Assembly: GCF_000010065.1 (NCBI RefSeq)
Contig: NC_006576.1
Span: 60,001 to 92,000 of the forward strand
Source: Synechococcus elongatus PCC 6301
Lineage (GTDB): Bacteria > Cyanobacteriota > Cyanobacteriia > Synechococcales > Synechococcaceae
DNA: 32,000 nucleotides
Direction of reading: 5' to 3'
Each line of letters starts with the position of its first letter. The stretch's first letter is position 1. Of this stretch, positions 9,106 to 16,424 are shown piece by piece. The position numbers were made by a program, and so were the translations under genes. The notes under the pieces were generated by a model. That model had not been told where the DNA came from. It saw nothing but the letters and a program-made list of their open reading frames with translations, and did no database searches.

Positions 9106-10233
9106 ATGCCCCCTCGCGATCGCACTGCAAGGCGTCCCAATCGCTCTGCGCGACCTAATCCCAAAGCAGCCCGACCATTGCGAGCCGTCGACAGCCCCAG
9201 GCCTCCCCGGCGATCGCCTGCTCCGGCAAAACCACTGCGGATTCCCCCACTGTTGCAAAGTGTGTTGCGCTTACTGGTCTTGGGGGTAGGACTGGGCGTC
9301 TTGGCAGGCAGTCTGATTGCCGCTTGGGAACCCAACCTCAAACTCGCCCCCACTCCACAAGCGGCCTCAGCCGCCGCTCCCATACCGGTTGCACCAGTCA
9401 AGCCCATCGCTTTCCAAGAACCGCTTGCTCCTCTTCAAACCCAGCTTGCGGCCTTGATTCAGCAGCAACCGGCCCTGAAGGCCGAGTTATTCCTGACGGA
9501 TCTCGACACGGGCAACTACGTCGATATCAACGGCACAACGTCGATTCCTGCTGCCAGCACCATCAAAATTCCTGTGCTAGCTGCCCTGATGGAAGCCGTT
9601 CAGCAAGGCAAAGTGCGGCTGGATGAACAGCTAACCATGACCCAGGACCTGGTTGCCTCGGAAGCAGGGGCGATGCAGTATCAGCCGGTGGGCAGCAAGT
9701 TTACGGTGTTGGAAACCGCGATCGAGATGATCCGCATCAGCGATAACACAGCAACTAATCTGCTGATTGCCCGTCTAGGGGGGATTGAAGCAGTCAATCA
9801 ACGGTTTGCCGCTTGGGGATTACAGACGACCCGTATTCGCAATCTACTGCCCGATTTGGAAGGCACCAACAGCACCACACCCAAGGAAATGGTGGAATTG
9901 CTGGCCAAGGTGGAGAATGGTTCGCTCCTCGATCCGCGATCGCGCGATCGCTTTTTTGCCGTTCTTCGCACGACCGAAACCAATACCCTGCTCAGTCGTG
10001 GCCTGGGCGAGGAAGCAACGATCGCCCACAAAACCGGTGATATCGCCATGGTGGTGGGAGATGTCGGCCTGATCGATATGCCCAGCGGCAAACGCTACAT
10101 TGCGGCGATGTTGGTGCGCCGTCCCGACAATGACCTCAAGGCCAACGAATTGATTCGCCAGGTCTCGCAACGTACCTATCAATTCCTCAACAGCTTGCCC
10201 GTTTCCAGCAACTCGACGCAACAACCCAGCTAG
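9106..10233 (+). CDS. Class A beta-lactamase-related serine hydrolase with Arg/Pro-rich N-terminal tail and TM anchor
   Basis: 375-aa ORF with SxxK (ASTIK), SDN (ISDNTATN) and KTG (HKTGD) motifs in canonical order. The N-terminus MPPRDRTARRPNRSARPNP... is followed by LLVLGVGLGVLAGSLIAAW. A ggaaggaaagg RBS precedes the ATG. Confidence 0.8.
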   Translation: MPPRDRTARRPNRSARPNPKAARPLRAVDSPRPPRRSPAPAKPLRIPPLLQSVLRLLVLGVGLGVLAGSLIAAWEPNLKLAPTPQAASAAAPIPVAPVKPIAFQEPLAPLQTQLAALIQQQPALKAELFLTDLDTGNYVDINGTTSIPAASTIKIPVLAALMEAVQQGKVRLDEQLTMTQDLVASEAGAMQYQPVGSKFTVLETAIEMIRISDNTATNLLIARLGGIEAVNQRFAAWGLQTTRIRNLLPDLEGTNSTTPKEMVELLAKVENGSLLDPRSRDRFFAVLRTTETNTLLSRGLGEEATIAHKTGDIAMVVGDVGLIDMPSGKRYIAAMLVRRPDNDLKANELIRQVSQRTYQFLNSLPVSSNSTQQPS

Positions 10234-10242
10234 CCGATCGCT

Positions 10243-11595
10243 ATGTTTTTGATTGCTCAAGCGCCTGCACCGCCGGCTGAAATCGTTCGTCTGCAAGAGG
10301 TGCGGCCCCTGCCGGGAGCCTTGGACACCATTCCCGTCTTCAACAGCAACAGCCCAGAACTGGTGCTGCAGGAGGGGATTTTACTCTCCACCTTCCCCGG
10401 CAGCGAGAAGCAGCATCCCGCAGCGCACCTCAACTACAGCTTTCAAGGTCGCTTTGACCTGTTCGCTCACCATATTGCCCGCGCTGATCAAGGGCGATCG
10501 CTGCGGACGCTGCATTTGGGGCTATTGGTCGGCAATCCCAGCGATCAAGCGGTGACGCTGCGCATTTTGGATGGGGCGAGCTACGTCAGCCAGCCCGATG
10601 CCCCCTTTAAGCCATTGCCCAGCCGCAGCGACAACAACGATGGCACCGTCTTTGCTGGGCCTGGCGATCGCGTCATGCTCGACCTGATTCAAGACCGCCG
10701 CTCGATCAACCTCCCGACTCGCATCACGATTCCACCCCGCAGCACGAGACTGCTGGCGGATTGGCCGATTCCCGTGGCCAGTCTGACGCCGCCCCTCAAT
10801 GGCCGGTCGGCTTACCTGCGTCTAGAGAGTACGGGGCCAGTCTACGTTGCCAGTTTGGCTCAATACGCCAAGCTCGATGCCAACAACCAAGAGCGATCGC
10901 CCTCGCTGAGTGAATGGCAACGCCTGTTGCAAACCAGTCCAGTCGCAGGGCCGCGCGATCGCACGCCTTCAGCGCCGGATGCACCGGGGCCCGTAATCTA
11001 CAGCCGGGTCGCAGGGGTCGCCATGGGCAGTCGCTGGCAAGCAACCCTGACCGATCCCAACTGGCGCACCCTGCAAATTCCCCAGCCTGGGCAAGCTTTT
11101 TCCTACGGCATCAGCACCCTACAGGGAGGGCGTCAGGGAACCGACCAGATCCAAACGGCACCGCTGGTGGTCCGCTACCCCGATACGGCCTATTCGGCCC
11201 ACGGTAACTATGGTTTGGAATATGACCTGACGTTGCCGTTGGTCAACCTCGATCGCCAACCCCGCACGATCGATTTGCTGTTGGAAACACCAATCAAAGA
11301 AGACCGGCTAAGCAAAGGGGGGCTGCGCTTCTTTCAAGCGCTGCCCAACGCCACGTTCTTTCGAGGCAGCGTGCGGCTGCGCTACAGCGATGATCAAGGT
11401 CAGATCACAGTTCGTGATGTCCATCTGGTTCAGCGACGCGGCCAGCAAGGTGATTCCCTGTTGAGCTTGACCCTGCAACCGGGGGAACACCGTACCGTGC
11501 GGGTGCAGCTCCGCTATCCGCCCGATGCAACCCCGCCCCAAGTGCTAACGGTGAAAACTCAAGCCCAGGGCACGGCTGGGGTGTCTCAGCCTTAG
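10243..11595 (+). CDS. Conserved cyanobacterial hypothetical protein (DUF3370-like by recall, not verified)
   Basis: 450-aa ORF with host-like codon usage and HIP1 sites. The sequence is beta-rich with no recognisable catalytic motif and no obvious signal peptide. Confidence 0.6.
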   Translation: MFLIAQAPAPPAEIVRLQEVRPLPGALDTIPVFNSNSPELVLQEGILLSTFPGSEKQHPAAHLNYSFQGRFDLFAHHIARADQGRSLRTLHLGLLVGNPSDQAVTLRILDGASYVSQPDAPFKPLPSRSDNNDGTVFAGPGDRVMLDLIQDRRSINLPTRITIPPRSTRLLADWPIPVASLTPPLNGRSAYLRLESTGPVYVASLAQYAKLDANNQERSPSLSEWQRLLQTSPVAGPRDRTPSAPDAPGPVIYSRVAGVAMGSRWQATLTDPNWRTLQIPQPGQAFSYGISTLQGGRQGTDQIQTAPLVVRYPDTAYSAHGNYGLEYDLTLPLVNLDRQPRTIDLLLETPIKEDRLSKGGLRFFQALPNATFFRGSVRLRYSDDQGQITVRDVHLVQRRGQQGDSLLSLTLQPGEHRTVRVQLRYPPDATPPQVLTVKTQAQGTAGVSQP

Positions 11596-11599
11596 GTGC

Positions 11600-12178
11600 T
11601 TAGGCATCTGGCGGTAACTCTGCAAAGATAATCGGCGCTTGTTGGAGGCGTTGATAGCTGCGATAGCGGTGGCGCAACTCACGCTTTTTAAAGATGATCA
11701 GCGAGACCGCCTCCCAGAGAAAGACCCAACCACTGACGACTGCGCCTTCGACCAAGGTTGAAATCAGGATGGTTTCACCAAGTCGATCGCGAAAGAGGGT
11801 GGCGCTGCCAATCAGGCTGAAACCAGCTAGGACAAACAATAGAACGCAGCGGTTCAGACGCTGCTGTTCTTGGCTGAGCAGATAGAGGCGAAAGGCCAAG
11901 CAGTTCTGGAAACCATCACAGACTGTCTTTTCTAAGGGGCGATCGCGCGACTTCTGGGGGAGCTGGAAGCAAATTTCCAAGGGATAGCGCAGGGGAATTT
12001 CATCGGAACTTTCTTCTAGATACTGCTGTAAATAGGGATCGAGATCACGACGTTTGAAGGGAGCCGGGTCCCATTCGTTAAAAATGTCACTGTATTGATC
12101 AAGAGCGATTTCAATCACGTAGCGACCATTCGCACGGTTTTGCGAGTAGACCTGCTGAAATCCTGGCTGATTCTGCAT
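11600..12178 (-). CDS. Hypothetical membrane protein (soluble N-domain plus two C-terminal TM helices)
   Basis: 192-aa ORF with hydrophobic segments VLLFVLAGFSLIGSATLF and VEGAVVSGWVFLWEAVSLIIF. It is convergent with the DUF3370-like gene (4-nt gap). Confidence 0.6.
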   Translation of the reverse strand: MQNQPGFQQVYSQNRANGRYVIEIALDQYSDIFNEWDPAPFKRRDLDPYLQQYLEESSDEIPLRYPLEICFQLPQKSRDRPLEKTVCDGFQNCLAFRLYLLSQEQQRLNRCVLLFVLAGFSLIGSATLFRDRLGETILISTLVEGAVVSGWVFLWEAVSLIIFKKRELRHRYRSYQRLQQAPIIFAELPPDA

Positions 12179-12325
12179 TGCGATCGCCCAATTCCGAAGT
12201 CTGCAGCCAATCTGCTGCTATAGGATTCCCAATGGATGACGCCAATTCTCATCACGGCTTTCTAGCCTAAAGCTGTAAGGAAGTCAGGCATTTGACGATC
12301 GCTAAACTTGTCATGCAAGTCATGT

Positions 12326-12343
12326 GACAATTCTGAAATTGTC
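12326..12343. promoter_or_regulatory. Perfect 7-4-7 inverted repeat GACAATT-ctga-AATTGTC, candidate operator upstream of the fasciclin gene
   Basis: Read directly at 12326-12343, about 80 nt upstream of ATG 12421, in the AT-rich divergent intergenic region. It is preceded by TGT, giving a TGTGA half-site. Confidence 0.25.
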
Positions 12344-12420
12344 TTCCTGTTTGAGTGATTTGGAACCCATGCAGAGCTTCTACGTCAAGATGAGGGTCTG
12401 TTGAGTTCATATCAACCTCA

Positions 12421-12981
12421 ATGCATTTCTCTTCTCTATTCAAAGGAGCTCTTGTCTCTACGCTCGTCCTGAGCCCAATGCTGGGTTTAATGCCTGCACA
12501 GGCAGAAATGAATAAGCCCAACAAATCATCTACTGAAACCACAAAAATCAAAACCTCTCAGCAAGCTCAGACCTCAATTCTGGATATTGCGAAGAGCAAC
12601 GAAAATTTCAGCACTTTGGTAGCTGCGTTCCAAGCAGCAGGGCTTGAAGAAGTGCTAGCTAGCAACGGTCAATTTACCGTTTTTGCGCCAACTAACGAAG
12701 CATTTGCTAAGCTTCCCCAAGGCCAATTAGAAGAATTGCTCAAGCCAGAAAATAAAGCGCAACTGGTCAGTCTTTTGACCTACCATGCTGTTCCGTCAGC
12801 GATCGCTTCAACTGCAATTCAGCCAGGTACAATCACGACCGTTGAGGGTCGGAGCTTACAACTCTCGATCGCGGATAGCAAACTGAAAGTGAATGATGCA
12901 ACGGTGCTTGCAACTGATATTCAAGCCAGTAATGGGGTGATTCACGTCGTTGATAGCGTAATTATTCCCATGGCTCAGTAG
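12421..12981 (+). CDS. Fasciclin (FAS1) domain protein, secreted
   Basis: 186-aa ORF with signal peptide MHFSSLFKGALVSTLVLSPMLGLMPAQA. FAS1 H1/H2 motifs are present: FTVFAPTNEAF and NGVIHVVDSVIIP. Confidence 0.85.
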   Translation: MHFSSLFKGALVSTLVLSPMLGLMPAQAEMNKPNKSSTETTKIKTSQQAQTSILDIAKSNENFSTLVAAFQAAGLEEVLASNGQFTVFAPTNEAFAKLPQGQLEELLKPENKAQLVSLLTYHAVPSAIASTAIQPGTITTVEGRSLQLSIADSKLKVNDATVLATDIQASNGVIHVVDSVIIPMAQ

Positions 12982-13029
12982 CCTTTCGCTTGCCCCAGAT
13001 TGCGATCGCTCACCTCTTGGATTCTAGAA

Positions 13030-13059
13030 AAAGTCCTGTCAGCTTGCTGACAGGACTTT
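13030..13059. terminator. Bidirectional intrinsic terminator between the convergent fasciclin and porin genes
   Basis: Perfect 14-nt palindrome arms at 13030-13043 and 13046-13059 (aaagtcctgtcagc/gctgacaggacttt). They are flanked by an A-run upstream and a T-run downstream. Confidence 0.7.
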
Positions 13060-13092
13060 CATCATGGTGTGTGGTTTGAGTTGTGCTTGAAA

Positions 13093-14648
13093 TCAGAAGC
13101 GGAAGATGGTTCTCAGATAGGGAACGTAGCTGGTTCCGCCGTTCTCAAGACCGTTCGTATTGTTGAACAGATAAATCCCAGGCCAGTCGAAATATTGTCC
13201 GTCACTTGGAACTTATAGTTCACTTCCAATCCCAACGAGCCGGTGTCTTCAGCCGACTGTTGGCTAGCACTGGTTACGTAGGGCATTTGTCCCACTGTAA
13301 TCACGCCAGAATTACCCTTCGCAAACAGATCAGGGAAGGTCAGACCGACATTCCAGGTCTGAATGGTGGCACTGTCAGAACCGCCAGCGACATTCGCGAA
13401 GCCAATGCCATACGCACCCGAAATCGTGAAGTTATCGCTGACTGCCCAGCCCATCGTCAGAGCAAGGTTGTTGGTGTTGTAGTTGGCTGCACCGAAGGGG
13501 CGCTCAGCGCGGGTTGTGCCTAAATCAGTGACATAGCGATCGTTACGTAGGCTATAGGCTAATGCCGCTCGGAATTTGCGGTTATCCGTTTCAAACCGCA
13601 ACTGGGTTGCCACATCCCAACCCGATTTAGCGGTGCCAACGGTTCCTTGTCCAAAGAAACCGCCCTGATCTACGCCCACTTGGTCAGCACCTCGGTTGAG
13701 GTAGCCCAACTGGAAGCTGAAGTTCGGGTTGATACGCCAGTCGAAACCAACGCCAGCCTTACCGTTACTTTCGTAGATGTTGGCAGGGCCTTTGCGAAAC
13801 GTCTTGCCTTCATTCGCTCCGCTCGAGAAGGTGGCGTCGCGCATACCATACTCCTGTACGCCAACCCCTACCGTTCCAACGGTGAAGCGAACGCTGCCGG
13901 CGGGGAAAGTGTAGTAGAGCTTGTCGATGAAGAAGGTGTTGTTGGAGTTACCGCCGTAGTCAAGCACGGAACCTGGCGCTCTAAAACCTGGGGCCAACCG
14001 GTTGGTAATTGGCTCAATGTTGCGGGCGCGCAGCCTTGTTTTCAGGAGGTCTTTGCCAGTGAAGCTGGTGTCTAAGTCTAGGTCGACTTTGTTGCCGAAG
14101 GAGACAGCGCCATTGCTGTTGACCTCATTACCGTTGCTGTTGGCCAAGGCATCCAGACCAAAGATGACCTCGCCTCGGAGCTTGGTCGTGCTGGAGAATC
14201 GAGTTGCTTCCAGTTCTTTAGTGCGGGCTTCCAAGGCATCGACTCGCCCGCGCAGCGTCGCGAGTTCTGCTTGAAATTCTTCGGTGAGGCGTTTGAGGGT
14301 ATCGAGATCTTCTTTGGAAGCAGCAAACTCAATTACCTTGTCGAGACAAGCGTTGAGACCTGCCGCAAATTCATAGCGACTGAGTGGTCGGGCTCCCCGG
14401 AAGGTGCGGTCGGGATAACCCACAATGCAGCCATACCGCTCGACCAAAGACTGCAGCGCTTGATAGGCCCAGTCGGTTGGTTTGACATCACTCAATTCGT
14501 TAACTGAAGTGATTTGTCCTGAGGTGATGCCATCTGGCGTCACAGCATCAATTTTTTGGAGCTGATCAAGGCTCAGTGCTTGACCAGGCGCGATCGCAAG
14601 CAGGTTGGCACCAGTGACCACTAGGCCTGCTTTGACGAAAAAATTCAT
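13093..14648 (-). CDS. SLH-domain / OprB-type outer-membrane porin (Som family) with an apparent frameshift near the 3' end
   Basis: From ATG 14648: signal peptide MNFFVKAGLVVTGANLLAIAPGQA, an SLH motif (SDVKPTDWAYQALQSLVERYGCIVGYPDRTFRG), a coiled-coil and a beta-barrel body. The track ORF stops at 13113. A barrel-type tail ...YLRTIFRF* continues in another frame to a stop at 13093-13095. Confidence 0.85.
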
Positions 14649-14903
14649 GATTCCGAACTTGAATGATTGGCAAGCGGCAAAGAGTGAGGTTGGGGCGAAC
14701 CTATCACTGGCGTTTTCGGCGCCGTCGTGTGCCAATTCACGTTTGTGATCTGCTATACCAACCGTGCGCTAGGCGACGACCCCAGCGCTATTCAAGTCCT
14801 AGAAAGAAAGGCTCTGCGGTGACCTGACCTAGAACCCGCACCGAGACCATCGCTGCCTGCGGTATCTTGGGGCAGCCGACGCATTGCTGTGGAAAGTCCT
14901 CTC

Positions 14904-16313
14904 ATGCTGGTTCCGGTCATCCTCTCCGGTGGGAGTGGGAGTCGCCTCTGGCCCCTCTCTCGCGAGAGTTATCCCAAGCAATTTCATGCGCTGCTGTCTG
15001 ACTATTCCTTGCTGCAAGAGACACTGCTGCGCCTAGAGGGATTACCAGGGCTGGCGTCACCGCTCCTGATCTGCAATGAGCAACATCGCTTTCTGGTGGC
15101 CGAGCATCTGCGAGCGATCGGTCAAACTGCAGCGGCGATCGTGCTGGAACCGGAAGGCCGGAATACGGCTCCTGCTGTGGCGATCGCAGCATTGCAAGCC
15201 CAGTCTCAGGGCGAGGATCCACTGCTGCTAGTCCTGCCGTCGGATCATTCGATTGCTGACCCCGCAGCCTTTCGTGCCACCGTTCAAACGGCGATCGCGC
15301 TAGCGACGGCCGGCCATTTAGTTACTTTCGGCATAGTCCCTGAAGCACCGGAAACGGGCTATGGCTACATCAAAGCGGGGTCCGATCTAGACCTAGGGGG
15401 TTTCGCGATCGATCGCTTCATCGAGAAACCGAACCTCGCCACAGCCGAGAACTACGTCGCTTCCGGCTGCTACTACTGGAACAGCGGCATGTTTCTGATT
15501 CGAGCTTCGGTCTATCTCAGTGAGCTGGCTCGCTATGCTCCCGAGATGTTCACAGCTTGCGAAGCCGCTTGGCAGAAGCGCCAGGCTGATCTGGACTTCG
15601 TCCGCCTCGATCCTGCCACCTTTGCCCAATGCCCGAGTGATTCCATTGACTACGCCGTCATGGAACACACCCAGCAGGGGGCTGTCCTGCCGCTGCAAGC
15701 AGGCTGGACGGATGTGGGTTCTTGGAGCAGCCTTTGGCAAGCCCTAGAACAGGATGGGGCGGGCAATGTCACGGTGGGTGATAGCCTGGCCCTCGACTGT
15801 CGCAATGTCTATCTGCGGTCAGAAGGTCGCCTCGTCGTGGGTGTTGGGCTAGAAGACGTAGTCGCAGTCGAAACCGATGATGCCCTGCTGATTGCCCACC
15901 GCGATCGCACCCAAACCGTTAAGCAGGTTGTAGAAGCGCTGCAGCGGGAAGCTCGCCGCGAAAGTCGCGCCCACCGCAAGATTTATCGTCCTTGGGGGCG
16001 CTATGACTCTCTCGATCTGGGCGATCGCTTCCAGGTCAAACGGATCACGGTCAATCCGGGGGCTAGCCTCTCTCTGCAGATGCACCACCATCGTGCAGAG
16101 CACTGGATCGTTGTCAAAGGTACGGCTCTCGTTACTCGCGATAACGAAGAAGTGCTGCTGACGGAAAACCAATCCACTTATATCCCCGTTGGCTGCAAAC
16201 ACCGCCTCAGCAACCCGGGGCGTGTCCCCCTAGAAATGATTGAGGTACAGTCCGGTAGCTACCTCGAAGAAGATGACATTGTCCGCTTTGAAGACCACTA
16301 CGGTCGTAGCTGA
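14904..16313 (+). CDS. manC: Mannose-1-phosphate guanylyltransferase / mannose-6-phosphate isomerase (bifunctional, type II PMI)
   Basis: Product MLVPVILSGGSGSRLWPLSR... with a nucleotidyltransferase motif and a C-terminal cupin (RPWGRY, HHHRAEHWIVV, IEVQSGSYLEEDDIVRFED). The track ORF starts at GTG 14889. Confidence 0.92.
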   Translation: MLVPVILSGGSGSRLWPLSRESYPKQFHALLSDYSLLQETLLRLEGLPGLASPLLICNEQHRFLVAEHLRAIGQTAAAIVLEPEGRNTAPAVAIAALQAQSQGEDPLLLVLPSDHSIADPAAFRATVQTAIALATAGHLVTFGIVPEAPETGYGYIKAGSDLDLGGFAIDRFIEKPNLATAENYVASGCYYWNSGMFLIRASVYLSELARYAPEMFTACEAAWQKRQADLDFVRLDPATFAQCPSDSIDYAVMEHTQQGAVLPLQAGWTDVGSWSSLWQALEQDGAGNVTVGDSLALDCRNVYLRSEGRLVVGVGLEDVVAVETDDALLIAHRDRTQTVKQVVEALQREARRESRAHRKIYRPWGRYDSLDLGDRFQVKRITVNPGASLSLQMHHHRAEHWIVVKGTALVTRDNEEVLLTENQSTYIPVGCKHRLSNPGRVPLEMIEVQSGSYLEEDDIVRFEDHYGRS

Positions 16314-16364
16314 AATTCTCCAGCATCAGCTTTACATCACTTCATGATTTAGGGTTCAGTACCC

Positions 16365-16370
16365 TATAAT
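16365..16370 (+). promoter_or_regulatory. Candidate -10 box (TATAAT) for nrdJ
   Basis: A perfect TATAAT lies 55 nt upstream of the nrdJ ATG. A weak -35-like ttcatg sits 18 nt upstream. A small hairpin tagggt-tcagt-acccta overlaps it. Confidence 0.35.
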
Positions 16371-16424
16371 CTGGCTGGGGACCCCATCCCTAGTGTTTCC
16401 AATAACTAACAGAGACTAAATACA

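Noticed and set aside
14649-14735. 29-codon N-terminal extension of the porin ORF
   Set aside because: The internal ATG 14648 gives a canonical signal peptide (MNFFVKAGLVVTGANLLAIAPGQA). The extension has no signal-like features.
16314-16424. Possible cobalamin riboswitch or NrdR boxes in the nrdJ leader
   Set aside because: The leader is only about 110 nt, too short for a B12 riboswitch, and I see no B12-box-like core. There is no pair of 16-nt NrdR-type palindromes either. Only a TATAAT and small hairpins are present.
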